Shown one piece after another: positions 34,841-44,529 of a DNA stretch of 64,000 nucleotides (positions within the stretch are counted from its first letter, which is position 1; the number at the start of each line of letters is the position of its first letter). The notes under the pieces were generated by a model. The model saw only the letters and a list, made by a program, of their open reading frames with translations. It made no database searches and was not told the origin of the DNA. The position numbers and the translations under genes are program-made. The stretch lies in IMG/VR virus record IMGVR_UViG_3300005617_000004, positions 1-64,000 of that record; one strand, given 5' to 3'. The stretch comes from a virus.

Positions 34841-35185
34841 TCTAGCTCCCCCACGTATGTCTACGCCCTGGTCCGCACCGACCTGACCCTCCCGCAGCAA
34901 CTGGTTCAAGCTGCGCACGCCACCCATGAGTCGGGCGGCCACTTCGGCGCCCCGGCTGGCTGCCACCTGATCGTCCTTGCCGTTGCCGACGAAGCCGCCC
35001 TGCGTGCTCACCACGCACGCCTTGTAGCCGCCGGCATCCCCCTCGTCCTGTTCACCGAGCCCGATCTCGGCGACGCCGCTACGGCGCTCGCCACGGGCCC
35101 ACTCACTCAAGCCGATAGGCTCCATTTCCGGGGCATGTCGCTCTGGAAGCCCGTTGGCGCTGTTCCGGAGATGAAGCCATGCTGA
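34841..35185 (+). CDS. peptidyl-tRNA hydrolase 2-like protein lacking an in-frame ATG/GTG/TTG start
   Basis: YVYALVRTDL...QLVQAAHA, LIVLAV.DE, F.EPDLG...TALA; not in ORF track. Confidence 0.7.
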   Translation, partial: SSSPTYVYALVRTDLTLPQQLVQAAHATHESGGHFGAPAGCHLIVLAVADEAALRAHHARLVAAGIPLVLFTEPDLGDAATALATGPLTQADRLHFRGMSLWKPVGAVPEMKPC

Positions 35186-35487
35186 CCGACACCGACCGCG
35201 CCCTCCTCCACGCCTGCCGCGCGAAGCGCTATGCGCTGACCAAGGCGCAGATCGCTACCAAGGTGATTACCCGGGCGCCGCACCCGCCGGAAGGCTGCGG
35301 AGAGGCTCAGGCAGCGCAGAACGTTCAGGCGGCCGACATCACCGCACTGCACATCATGGAGGCGGAGATCCGCGGCCTCAAGCCGGCGCATTCGGAGAAG
35401 CTGTGGTCGGTGCAGCTGCGGCTGCTGAACTACCGGAGCCCGCATCCGGAGGTGAAGGCGCGGTTTCAGGCGTGGCTGATGGCCTGA
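35179..35487 (+). CDS. hypothetical protein
   Basis: overlaps end of Pth2-like ORF. Confidence 0.6.
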   Translation: MLTDTDRALLHACRAKRYALTKAQIATKVITRAPHPPEGCGEAQAAQNVQAADITALHIMEAEIRGLKPAHSEKLWSVQLRLLNYRSPHPEVKARFQAWLMA

Positions 35488-35502
35488 GCCACCAAACGAA
35501 GA

Positions 35503-35524
35503 ACCCAGGGCTTGCGCCCTGGGT
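35503..35524. terminator. terminator hairpin between convergent genes
   Basis: ACCCAGGGC-TTGC-GCCCTGGGT; T-rich tail on minus strand. Confidence 0.7.
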
Positions 35525-35551
35525 CCGTCGAACCAGCCAAAGCCGTAAGGC

Positions 35552-36121
35552 TTACTGGATCTCGCGCAGCAGCTCACCTTCGAGGAACAGGTGGACGACC
35601 ACGGTCACCGAGAGACCGGTGGCGATGTCCAGCTGGACGTAGAAGTTCTGCACCGGGGGCAGGTAGATGCTGTGCAGCAGCGAGTAGATGTTGCGCTGCT
35701 CGGGACGGCCGAGGTTGGCGTACACCGTCGACGCGGTGAGCGCCGGCGCGGGGACGACAGTCTGCTGTTCGAGGCCGGCACCAGCCGACAGGATGAAGGC
35801 GGGGATGGTCAGGTAGACCTTCTCGCCGACCTGCACCTTGTACGAGCCGCGCTGGAAGAACGCGGCAGCGTCGGCGTACGTCGCGATGGCGGCGTAACCG
35901 AGGGTCTGACGCAGGGCGCGGATCGAGAAGCGCTTGGGCCAGCTGAGCTGACCGGCGGTCTGCAGGTTGGTCAGGAGGGCCGAGCGGCCCGCCGAGCCGG
36001 TGCTGAACAGCGTGACGCTGGTCTGCGAGGTGAGGGAAGCGCTGTCATACAGCGGCTGATGAATCGCCTCGAGACGGATGGATCCGCTGCGAGCGTCCTT
36101 GACGGTTCTGAATACGGGCAT
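35552..36121 (-). CDS. candidate major capsid protein (beta-rich, possibly single jelly roll)
   Basis: last gene of structural operon, GGAG RBS, strongly biased codons, alternating beta pattern; three related copies in window; fold is inference. Confidence 0.5.
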   Translation of the reverse strand: MPVFRTVKDARSGSIRLEAIHQPLYDSASLTSQTSVTLFSTGSAGRSALLTNLQTAGQLSWPKRFSIRALRQTLGYAAIATYADAAAFFQRGSYKVQVGEKVYLTIPAFILSAGAGLEQQTVVPAPALTASTVYANLGRPEQRNIYSLLHSIYLPPVQNFYVQLDIATGLSVTVVVHLFLEGELLREIQ

Positions 36122-36316
36122 GTTTTTGCTCCATCCGCTCATTGGCGGGTTTTGGTTTGGCGCGGCCGAGGGGATTCCTGCGGTTTTGCCGGTGGATACG
36201 GCTTGTTGTCGATCTCAGCCGCAGGCGCGGTGAGCAGCAAACCGAAAGAGACGAAGAGGTGTTGGAAAAGAACTGCTAGGGGCCGCGGGCGCCCCTAGGA
36301 TGCGCATGGCCCTACC

Positions 36317-37150
36317 TCAGTTGAGGTAGGTCTCCATGTACTTGTTGGCGTCGGTCAGGTAGCCGTCCACACCGGCGAGGTCGTCGCTGGCGAGGTCGTC
36401 TTCCATGTCGCCGGTGCCCTGGTAGGCCTTGGCGTCGACGTAGCCGTCCACGCCGGCCATCTCGTCACCGTTGCCGGTGCCCTGGTAGGCGCGGGCATCG
36501 ACGTAGCCGCCGGTGCCCTGGTAGGCGCGGGCGTCAACGTAGCCGCCCAGGCCTTCCATGCCGTTCACCGGACCGCGGACCGCGGCAGCGGGCGCAGCGG
36601 CGACAGCCGCGGGGCCGACCATCGGTGTGCCGTACACGAGGCGGGCGATCATGCCCGGCATCACGAGCTCGACCATCGAGGCGACGCCGCCGCCGATCAG
36701 CAGCGACTTGCCGATGTCGCCCTTGATGAACTTGTTGGCGAGGTAGCCGATCGTGAAGGGGACCGCACCGCCGACGATGCGCTTGGCCCAGGGGTTGGAC
36801 AGGAAGGCGCCGGCGCCCACCATGTTGAGGGCAGGCACGATCACGCTGGAGGTGGCGATGCCACCGAGCGCGTAGGTGCCGACCGCGCCGCCCGCGGCGA
36901 ACGCCATGTGCTTGAGCTTGTTGCGGCCCTTGAAGACGGCGAGCGCCTCCTTGGGAGCGCGCTTCGCAGCGCTGATGTACTGGTTGATGACGCCCACGGG
37001 GTTTCTCCTTGAGGTGCGGTGCTTGCGCCGGCGAGGATTCGCCCGCGAGGTGGATGAACGACTGAGACGGCGGCCGCGCTTGCCACGACGCCCGGGGTTA
37101 CCGAGCAGGGCGAGATGCAGGCCAGGGTTGGACATCAGCATGAGGGGCAT
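36317..37150 (-). CDS. membrane/virion protein with Arg-rich NP motifs and GYVD repeats
   Basis: basic N-terminus, hydrophobic helices, GYVDA(R/K)AYQGTG x3. Confidence 0.7.
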   Translation of the reverse strand: MPLMLMSNPGLHLALLGNPGRRGKRGRRLSRSSTSRANPRRRKHRTSRRNPVGVINQYISAAKRAPKEALAVFKGRNKLKHMAFAAGGAVGTYALGGIATSSVIVPALNMVGAGAFLSNPWAKRIVGGAVPFTIGYLANKFIKGDIGKSLLIGGGVASMVELVMPGMIARLVYGTPMVGPAAVAAAPAAAVRGPVNGMEGLGGYVDARAYQGTGGYVDARAYQGTGNGDEMAGVDGYVDAKAYQGTGDMEDDLASDDLAGVDGYLTDANKYMETYLN

Positions 37151-37362
37151 CGAGAACCTTCAGCCCGTCGGGGCGAGTCTCAGATAAACCGCTATGCTGT
37201 CTGTCGGGCGGAGGCCATCAGGCCGTCGCGCAACTACATGCTGATGCGCATCACCCTACGCATCCGGGCGCTCGATGTCAAAACTATTTCGGAGAGTACA
37301 TGTTGCCCGACTTGGGCGAGATGCCGCACAAACACAACACGTACATGTATTTGCAGTCGACT

Positions 37363-37380
37363 GTATATACGCGTATATAC
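37363..37380. promoter_or_regulatory. perfect 18-bp palindrome, probable operator
   Basis: GTATATACGCGTATATAC 6 nt before ATG 37387. Confidence 0.6.
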
Positions 37381-37386
37381 GGCAGC

Positions 37387-38349
37387 ATGGCCAAGAAACT
37401 CATCAGCCTGCGCATCGACCCTGGTCTCCATGACTGGTACCGCAACCGCGGCGCCGGATACCAGAACGAGATGGAGCAGGCACTGTTCACCTACAAGCGC
37501 GGCAACGCGCAGGAGCTCGCCACCATGCCTACCGACCTCGACGACTACGCTAAGAACAACCCCTGTGCCGTGTGCGGCGGTAAGGGAGTCAAGAAAGTAG
37601 GAAAGGGGAAGAAAGCCATACAGACGCCGTGCTCCAGCTGCCACGGGTCCGGCGGCCAGTCTTGGGAGTTGGTCGGGCAGGTGAACCCCAACTTCGGCAA
37701 GCCCGGCCAACCTTTCATCGTGTCGGTTGGCCAGGATGATGCGGAAAACGTGGAAGACGCCCCCGGCGCGGCAGGAGAGAAGACCGACGATGTCTTCGCC
37801 GGCACGTCACCTTTCTGCACCGTCAGGGACGCGAGGACGGGCAGCATTCGGCTGGAGCGCTCGTCGCAACCTCTGTACGACACCCAGCGCCAGGGCTCCA
37901 TCTACGACAAGCCGATGACCGCCCGTGAGTCGTATCGCGGTGCGCCGGACCCCATCGTGTTCTTCGCGACGCCCAACGGCCGCAGCGCGGCCCAGACCAA
38001 CCTCGGCACTGCTGGTCAGCTCAGCTGGCCCAAACGTTTTCATGTCCGCGCCGTACGGTTGCGGTTCTCCCACATCTGCGACTTGAGCGAAGCCTCCGTG
38101 ATGCTGCAGGTCGGCGAGAAGCTCTATCTGTCGATACCGGTCAAGAACATGGACCAGGAGCCCAACGACGAGCACACCAGCAAGAATCATGAGCTGCCGC
38201 CGCTGCGGTTCATCCACCGGCTGGCGATCCCGGTCTACATCCCGCCGGTCCAATATTTCGGCCTGACCCTGATCACCGGGTCGAAGCATCTCGGCGACGT
38301 GGTGGTCCGCGCCCAGCTCGACGGCCTGATGCTCAGGGAGATTGCGTAG
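37387..38349 (+). CDS. fusion: BrnA-like RHH, CxxCxGxG zinc finger, capsid-candidate paralog
   Basis: KKLISLRID....WYR..G.GYQ..M..AL; CAVCGGKG/CSSCHGSG; QPLYD...TNL.TAGQLSWPKRF...LREI. Confidence 0.7.
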   Translation: MAKKLISLRIDPGLHDWYRNRGAGYQNEMEQALFTYKRGNAQELATMPTDLDDYAKNNPCAVCGGKGVKKVGKGKKAIQTPCSSCHGSGGQSWELVGQVNPNFGKPGQPFIVSVGQDDAENVEDAPGAAGEKTDDVFAGTSPFCTVRDARTGSIRLERSSQPLYDTQRQGSIYDKPMTARESYRGAPDPIVFFATPNGRSAAQTNLGTAGQLSWPKRFHVRAVRLRFSHICDLSEASVMLQVGEKLYLSIPVKNMDQEPNDEHTSKNHELPPLRFIHRLAIPVYIPPVQYFGLTLITGSKHLGDVVVRAQLDGLMLREIA

Positions 38350-38599
38350 TCGTCCAGTCCTCGAGCTTGCCCCACACGTGCCACGCGCAGGGCGTGTAGG
38401 GGCAGACTATGGAGGGCGACACGGTGCCGTCGGCCCCGATGTCGTGGCCTTCTCCGTTCGGTCGCTTCAGAGACGCGCAGCCGCCGCACAGCGGGCATTT
38501 GATCGACACGTGGTCATTGCCGGCGACCCACCAGGAGCCGCGCGGCGCGCCAACACAACAGTTGTCGATGCTGCGGGGCAGCAGGACGGTGTCGACCAT
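38333..38599 (-). CDS. small Cys/His Zn-binding protein
   Basis: CPLCG, TVSPSIVC...C.WH. Confidence 0.55.
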   Translation of the reverse strand: MVDTVLLPRSIDNCCVGAPRGSWWVAGNDHVSIKCPLCGGCASLKRPNGEGHDIGADGTVSPSIVCPYTPCAWHVWGKLEDWTTTQSP

Positions 38600-39123
38600 T
38601 ACCGCCGACGCGCGAGCAGCATCGCCCCCAAGGCCACAACGGTGCCGGCGCCAATCCACACCAGTGGGTTCTTCCAGAAGGGCTGTTCTTCGCCGGGCAG
38701 CGGCAGGGGCCCCCAATTGGTGGGCCCGATCGGAGTCGACGACACACCCATCTGCGGCATCGTCAAGGACCAGGGGGTCGTCGCCGGCACTGGCGTCATG
38801 GTGGCGGCCGGGAACAGCTGGGCGAAGGTCGGGGTCGCAGCGGGGGTCGCAGCCTTGACCGCGGCGACGCCAGCGTTGCGGGCCTGCATCGCGTCCTTGC
38901 CCGCCTGTACGCTGCTGAAGCTGCCCTCCGGTGCCGGCACGCTGCCGGGGTTCATGCCGGGCAACGGCTGCCAGCGGTAGTAGTCCGGCACCGGGTTCTT
39001 GGCCGCATTGCCAGGAAACCAATACGGGAACAGGCCATACGGCGTCGCGGTCACCACCGGCCTACCGGGGGTGCCGACCTGGACGGTGGGGACTGTGTCT
39101 CCGAGTCCTTCGATCGCGAACAT
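38599..39123 (-). CDS. Pro-rich protein with C-terminal membrane anchor
   Basis: LVWIGAGTVVALGAMLLARRR tail. Confidence 0.65.
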   Translation of the reverse strand: MFAIEGLGDTVPTVQVGTPGRPVVTATPYGLFPYWFPGNAAKNPVPDYYRWQPLPGMNPGSVPAPEGSFSSVQAGKDAMQARNAGVAAVKAATPAATPTFAQLFPAATMTPVPATTPWSLTMPQMGVSSTPIGPTNWGPLPLPGEEQPFWKNPLVWIGAGTVVALGAMLLARRR

Positions 39124-39125
39124 GG

Positions 39126-39611
39126 TCAGCCTCTCAGCCAGGAATCGACGGTGAAGATGTTGCCCTTGCGGCGGCAGATGAACAGGTTGCCCTTGCTGTC
39201 CCGGCACAGGGCCGGCATCACCTTCGCGGTGTAGACCCCACCCTTGTGGCCGGTGTCGCCGAACGCGTGGTGCCAGTGGGCCTTGTTCTTGGACGGCGAC
39301 TTCACCTGCGCAGGCACGTCGTAGGTCAGGGCCTTGATCAGGGCGATTTGCCGCAGCGCGCCCGCCTTGGCCGGCGTGTTGATGACAAAGGACCCGCTGC
39401 TGGGCGCGAGGTGGAACTTGCGGTGCGCGCGCTCAATCGCCGGCGAGACCTTGCCGGGGTTGCGCTTCACCACCGAGCAGATGACGAAGGCGCGCTTGCG
39501 CGGCTGCCAGCCTAGCCATTTGCCGGCCACGCGCTTGACGGTGACCTTGCCGGAATCCGGGCTGAGCAACTCCAGGGAAGTCAGGCGCCCCACACCGAGT
39601 ACGGATTCCAT
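39126..39611 (-). CDS. hypothetical virion-module protein
   Basis: tightly packed operon gene; KRNP motif. Confidence 0.6.
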   Translation of the reverse strand: MESVLGVGRLTSLELLSPDSGKVTVKRVAGKWLGWQPRKRAFVICSVVKRNPGKVSPAIERAHRKFHLAPSSGSFVINTPAKAGALRQIALIKALTYDVPAQVKSPSKNKAHWHHAFGDTGHKGGVYTAKVMPALCRDSKGNLFICRRKGNIFTVDSWLRG

Positions 39612-39630
39612 GGGGAGGCGCCTGTGTGGC

Positions 39631-40050
39631 TTACTTCTTCAGCAGCCAGAAACCCAGGCCGACCGCCGCAGCGCTGAGCGCGATGGTCTTGACCGACACC
39701 GGCCCGACGATCGGCAGGTTCACCAGCGTGTCGAGCCCGTCGAACTGCATCTCATCCTCGTAGTCGGCGAGGTCGCCAGCCTTGTGGAAGAACCCCTTCT
39801 CGAGGTTGTGGGGCTGCGCGGCGTCGATGCGCTTCGGCTGACGATGGAACAGCGGGGTGCCGTTCGGGATCTTCAGCGACCGGCCGATGGCCGGCGTCAG
39901 GTTCCGCACGTCGCCGCCCGCCATCCGGGCCATCGGAGCGAGGCCCGGCGCGCGGGTGACCCGGGTGCGCATCTGCTGGACGGTGGTCAATTCGCCGGCG
40001 CCGCGGTTGGCGAACATTCCGTCGAGCTCGTAGGACATGTCACGTTGCAT
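39631..40050 (-). CDS. C-terminally anchored membrane protein
   Basis: hydrophobic tail followed by KK. Confidence 0.65.
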   Translation of the reverse strand: MQRDMSYELDGMFANRGAGELTTVQQMRTRVTRAPGLAPMARMAGGDVRNLTPAIGRSLKIPNGTPLFHRQPKRIDAAQPHNLEKGFFHKAGDLADYEDEMQFDGLDTLVNLPIVGPVSVKTIALSAAAVGLGFWLLKK

Positions 40051-40084
40051 GGAGAGATCCTTGGTGGAGGTGAGCCGGGTCGGC

Positions 40085-40753
40085 TTACTTGCGCTTCTTC
40101 TTGAGCACGATGTAGCCGACCGCGAGCGCTGCGACGGCCAGGGCGCCGTAGGTGATCAGGGGGTGCGCCCCCATGTTGGTCAGCATCGCCTGGGACCGCA
40201 TCTGGTCGGCGCGGGCCTGTTCGGCACGGGCCAGGGCAGCGGCGGCCTCAGCCTGGGCGGCGGACGTCTTGGCGCCGTAGATGCTGCCCGTGATGCCGCC
40301 AGCGGTGGTGCCAGCAGCCTGGATGGCCTGCAGCCACGTCGGGCTGCCGGCCGGAGCCGGGGTGGTGGCGACCGGATCGGCGCCCATGCCCGGCACGAAG
40401 CCCGGGTCCCGGGCCAGACGGCGCACGGCATGCTTCTGGCCACGCGGGGTGCTGAGGTCGCCCATGCCGGGCATGAAGCCCGGGTGCGCGGCGTCCTGGG
40501 TCACCTGGAAGGCGCGGACCTTGCCGCCCTGGTGGCGGGTACCGCGGGGGCGCTGGGTCAGCAGGCCACGCGAGCGGACGCGGGGGTCCGGACCGGCCAT
40601 GCCGCCGGAGGCCTGGGTGTAGACCTCCACGTCGCGATCGTCCTCGAACGGGTTGTCGCTCTCGGCTTCCACCGAGATGGTGTTGCCGTAGGGCTGCAGG
40701 TCGATCGGCTGCGAGCGGTACTTCTGGTGGACATGGACGCGGGGAGCGGGCAT
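40085..40753 (-). CDS. C-terminally anchored membrane protein
   Basis: PGF.PGMG x2; hydrophobic tail followed by KKKRK. Confidence 0.65.
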   Translation of the reverse strand: MPAPRVHVHQKYRSQPIDLQPYGNTISVEAESDNPFEDDRDVEVYTQASGGMAGPDPRVRSRGLLTQRPRGTRHQGGKVRAFQVTQDAAHPGFMPGMGDLSTPRGQKHAVRRLARDPGFVPGMGADPVATTPAPAGSPTWLQAIQAAGTTAGGITGSIYGAKTSAAQAEAAAALARAEQARADQMRSQAMLTNMGAHPLITYGALAVAALAVGYIVLKKKRK

Positions 40754-40756
40754 GGG

Positions 40757-43324
40757 TTATTTCCTGGTGAAGAGGTAGAGGCCGATGCCGGCCAGGGCAA
40801 GCGTGCCCAGGCTCATGCCGCCGAGGGTGAGGCCTTCGATCGGCGGCTCTTCGGCGGAGGATTCCTCCTCGCCTTCGCCACCGTCTTCGGTCATGTCGCC
40901 GTCATCGGCATCGTCGAACAGGTCGGTGTTGTCCATGTCGACGGCGTCGCGGCTGGACGACCGGCGTGCACGGCTGCGGAGCGGCTGCGGAGCTTCTTCG
41001 CTGAACGACTGGTCGCCCTCGCCTTCGTCGGCGTAGGTCGCGTCATCGTTGGTGCCCTCGGTCGCATCGTCGCCTGCGGGCTCAGCGCCACCTTCGTCCA
41101 TGAACGTGCCGCCAGCTTCTTCGCCGCTGGCGCTCGAGCTTTCACCCTCGTCGGCGAACGGGTCGATGCCGCTCTCGCTGACGTCCTGGGTGTCGGTGAA
41201 CGACTGGCCTTCACCGCCGCCGGCGGCCATCGCCTGCTCGTCGGCCATGGCGCTCTCCGACTCCATGGCGGGGCCCATGTCTTCGGGGCCGAAGTCTTCG
41301 CCGGGCATCGTGCCGGCGCTGGCGTTCGGGTCGAACTCGGACTCGCCGGGCTGCGGGATGATCGACTGGTCGGCCGGGGAGGTCGATGCCGGAGGCGTGG
41401 TGCTGGTCGGGGTCACGACCGAGGCACTGGCATGCGCAGGCGAGGAGCCGCCGCCCTTGGACCGGTTCATGTACTTCGACAGGGGCCGGTGGATGGTCTC
41501 CTTGGTCAGCAGCGACGCGCCGCCGGTGGCGACGCCCAGCATCAGGTTCCGGAACCGCTTGTTCTTGGCCACCTGCTTGACGGTGGCGCCGGCCTTCTTG
41601 ACCTGCTGCTTCACCTGGGTGTCGATCTTCTTGACCTGACTGTGGACCGACTGCACGGCCTTCTTGGGGGCGGAGGCGACGCGCCTCACGGCCTGGGACA
41701 CGTTGCTGAAGAACCCGGCCAGCCCGTCGTCCGAGCCGTCGTCACTGAAGATGACCTTGCCGCTCTGGTCGCGCACCACCGCACCGCCCGGCATCACGCC
41801 GGCGATCGGGTTCTTGGGCTGCCGCGCCGCTGGGGGCGCTGCCCGGAACTCCGACGCCTTCAGGAACGTCGGGTGCTTGCTGATGACGGTCAGGGTGTCG
41901 ACCTTCTCCTGCGCGTCGATGCGCGGGTGGTCGGCCGGCTCAGCTTCCGCCACCGCGTCGATGACGCCCAGGTAGCAGTCCATGTGGTCGAGCGCGCCGA
42001 AGGCGGTGCGCATGGCCTGCTGCCGGAACGGGCTGTTGCCGGCGCACTGCTCCGCGAGGCGCTGGGCCTTGGCGGCAACCTGATGCGCCAGGGCTTCGAC
42101 CTGCTTGGCGGCCGCGACCTTGTGGTCGATGGTCACGTCGCCCAGGCCGAACAGGAACCCGGCGTTCTGCTCCATGCGCACGACTCGGCCCGAGGCCTTC
42201 TTGGCGCGCTGCTTGGTGTACGCGGCGGCCGCGACCACCCGGTGCAGCGGGTCGGTCTTGCCGCCCACGAGGTGGTGCTGGCTGGCGCGCAGGGCGGGGC
42301 CGCTCAGGTCGGTGATGTAGTCGGACAGGCCCATCAGCTCGCCGACGGTCGGCGCCTTGTTGGCCTTGGCCGGGCGCTTGCGGTCGACGATGGTGACGAT
42401 GTTGGGGCCGCGCTGACGGCGGGGCTGGTCCATCGGGGCGCTGATGTTGCGCACCGGCTTCGCTTCGTGCAGGTAGCTGGTCAGCACCTTCTCGGCGCGG
42501 TTGGTGGTCGGGCCGCGGCTGTACAGGTCGTAGGCCGGCGCCGCCTGCATCGGGTTGATGGTGGCCGCCCGGTTGAACATGTCGTCGAGCTCGTCGCCCC
42601 ACTCGGTCAGCCGCTTGGTGTTGACGATGGTGCCGCGTGAGCCGGTGTCGACGTACCGCGACTTGAGCACGCGGCCGACCTGCGACGCCTCGATCTCATC
42701 AGCCGGGCTGAAGTACGAAGGGCCACGAGCGTATCCGTTGAGTGCCATGGTGCCTAGTCCTGCGAGGTGTGGATAGGTTCGCTTGGCTTTCACCCTATCA
42801 TCCGGGGCCGCTTTGCCTAGCGGCCACTCGCGCATGATCGGGTCCGCGGCGATGGTGGTGCCCGCATACCGGTGCTTGCCGGGCGGGATCTCGGCATGCA
42901 GGTACACGTGGGAGAAATGGTTGGGCACGAGGCCGATGACCACCGGGTAGCTGCGCAGGCCCAGGCTGCCCAGCAGGGCCATCTCGGCGATGGTCAGGTC
43001 GTCGCAGTCCCCCGCCTTCGAGTTCAGCAGCGTCTCTTCCGGGTAGGACAGGGTCTCCTGGCCGACCGGGTCCTTGACGTACCGGATCTGGTCGCGCACG
43101 TAGTTGTGGACCGCTTCGAGCATCCCGAAGTAGTCTTTATTGGCGACGCCGGCACTGTTGATGATGTTGATGGCCAGGGCGCGGATCTTGGGGGACCGGG
43201 CGCCCCACTGGCCCTTCGCCATCTCGCTCATCAGCTGCACGGTCGTGCCGACGCTGGCGTCCTGACCTTCGGGCAGGTTGCTGTACTGGACGTCGATGTT
43301 GCCGTCGGCGAGGTGCATGCGCAT
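40757..43324 (-). CDS. transglutaminase-like (Cys-His-Asp) domain protein with acidic linker and C-terminal anchor
   Basis: IRYVKDP.G.E, GDCDD, SHVY, ADP motifs. Confidence 0.8.
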   Translation of the reverse strand: MRMHLADGNIDVQYSNLPEGQDASVGTTVQLMSEMAKGQWGARSPKIRALAINIINSAGVANKDYFGMLEAVHNYVRDQIRYVKDPVGQETLSYPEETLLNSKAGDCDDLTIAEMALLGSLGLRSYPVVIGLVPNHFSHVYLHAEIPPGKHRYAGTTIAADPIMREWPLGKAAPDDRVKAKRTYPHLAGLGTMALNGYARGPSYFSPADEIEASQVGRVLKSRYVDTGSRGTIVNTKRLTEWGDELDDMFNRAATINPMQAAPAYDLYSRGPTTNRAEKVLTSYLHEAKPVRNISAPMDQPRRQRGPNIVTIVDRKRPAKANKAPTVGELMGLSDYITDLSGPALRASQHHLVGGKTDPLHRVVAAAAYTKQRAKKASGRVVRMEQNAGFLFGLGDVTIDHKVAAAKQVEALAHQVAAKAQRLAEQCAGNSPFRQQAMRTAFGALDHMDCYLGVIDAVAEAEPADHPRIDAQEKVDTLTVISKHPTFLKASEFRAAPPAARQPKNPIAGVMPGGAVVRDQSGKVIFSDDGSDDGLAGFFSNVSQAVRRVASAPKKAVQSVHSQVKKIDTQVKQQVKKAGATVKQVAKNKRFRNLMLGVATGGASLLTKETIHRPLSKYMNRSKGGGSSPAHASASVVTPTSTTPPASTSPADQSIIPQPGESEFDPNASAGTMPGEDFGPEDMGPAMESESAMADEQAMAAGGGEGQSFTDTQDVSESGIDPFADEGESSSASGEEAGGTFMDEGGAEPAGDDATEGTNDDATYADEGEGDQSFSEEAPQPLRSRARRSSSRDAVDMDNTDLFDDADDGDMTEDGGEGEEESSAEEPPIEGLTLGGMSLGTLALAGIGLYLFTRK

Positions 43325-43332
43325 GGATCCTA

Positions 43333-44526
43333 TCAGCGGGCGCGGCGTTTGCTACGGCGACGGCGGGGGTTGGTGCTGATCTCCTTGTAGTGCCGCGAGA
43401 CCCACCGGTATGGCGTGTTCCGGTCGTTGTCGCGGTAGGTCTTCATCTGCCGACGGACGTCCTCCTTGGTATCCTCTTCGAGGACGTCATCCCAGCCGGA
43501 GCCCGGGTAGTAGGCCTGCAGGACGTAAGCCTTCTTGTTCAGCTTGACGCCCTTCGGATTCCGCCGACGACGCGGGTTGGTCTGCGTCTTCCAGTCGTAC
43601 TGGGGGCCGCCGACGTACTCGGCGGCGATGCCGGCGATCTGGTTGATCAGCGTGCTGCTCTGCGTCTTGGGCCAGTCACGCGTCATCTGGTTGAAGACAC
43701 GCTCCAGCGCCTGCTGCGGCTTCGAGTAGCCGCCGCTGCTGGGGCCCTGGCTTTTGGCTTCCCAGGTTTTCACGCCGCCAGGGCCGCGCGCGGTGACCGC
43801 GACGAAGGCCGTAGCGTTGGCGTTGCGCCACGTGGCGATGGTGACATGCGCAGGGCCGCGGGTGAACTCGTGCTCGGTCAGGTCGCGGGGCTTGGGGTTG
43901 CGGCAGGTCTTGCGGCCGCGGCGCGGATTGCGGCTTTGGCGCGCCTCGAGCTTGCGTGCGATGGCGGACATCAGCCGGTTGTACGCATCGACATCGCCGC
44001 GCTTGCGCGCATTGGTCACGGCGTGCAACTCTTCGTTGGTGGCGACGCCCTGGCGCTCCGCAGCAAGGAGTACCTTGCGCGCGTCAGCAGACGCGGTGAT
44101 CTCGCGGGGATTCCGCCGACGGCTCTTCGCGCGCCGCGCCTTCCGCCGGCGCCGAGGGTTGCGGCTGTACGGCGCCGACAGTGTCTTGCCGAGAGGCCAG
44201 CTCTGGTTGCTGGTCCGTGCGAACTTGCGCGATCGGTTTCCCGGTTCGCCCGGAAAGACGGTGCTGTCGTACCACTCGCGGTCGGTGCGGTACGCCGGTG
44301 CAGGATATGCGCGTGAAGAGCCACCCTGCGCCTGAAAAGACTGCTTTGCCCAGTCAGGGACGTGTTCCATCGTGAACCGGTGGGGGAACGCACTCTTCGC
44401 GCGCTCGAAGGACCACTTGCGCTCGGGATTCCGCCGACGGCTCTTCGCGCGCCGCGCCTTCCGCCGGCGACGCGGGTTCGACATGCAGAGGGCGCCAACG
44501 CCGGCGAGGATGAGGGATCCGAGCAT
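43333..44526 (-). CDS. Arg-rich NP-linker multidomain protein
   Basis: nine NP motifs in basic linkers separating small domains. Confidence 0.7.
   Translation of the reverse strand: MLGSLILAGVGALCMSNPRRRRKARRAKSRRRNPERKWSFERAKSAFPHRFTMEHVPDWAKQSFQAQGGSSRAYPAPAYRTDREWYDSTVFPGEPGNRSRKFARTSNQSWPLGKTLSAPYSRNPRRRRKARRAKSRRRNPREITASADARKVLLAAERQGVATNEELHAVTNARKRGDVDAYNRLMSAIARKLEARQSRNPRRGRKTCRNPKPRDLTEHEFTRGPAHVTIATWRNANATAFVAVTARGPGGVKTWEAKSQGPSSGGYSKPQQALERVFNQMTRDWPKTQSSTLINQIAGIAAEYVGGPQYDWKTQTNPRRRRNPKGVKLNKKAYVLQAYYPGSGWDDVLEEDTKEDVRRQMKTYRDNDRNTPYRWVSRHYKEISTNPRRRRSKRRAR
44107..44469. repeat. exact 45-bp direct repeat (44107-44151, 44425-44469)
   Basis: encodes RRRKARRAKSRRRNP linker twice. 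Confidence 0.9.
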
Positions 44527-44529
44527 GGG

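Noticed and set aside
40037-42640. 867-aa + strand ORF and similar long antisense ORFs
   Set aside because: Shadow frames of GC-rich minus-strand genes; no motifs.
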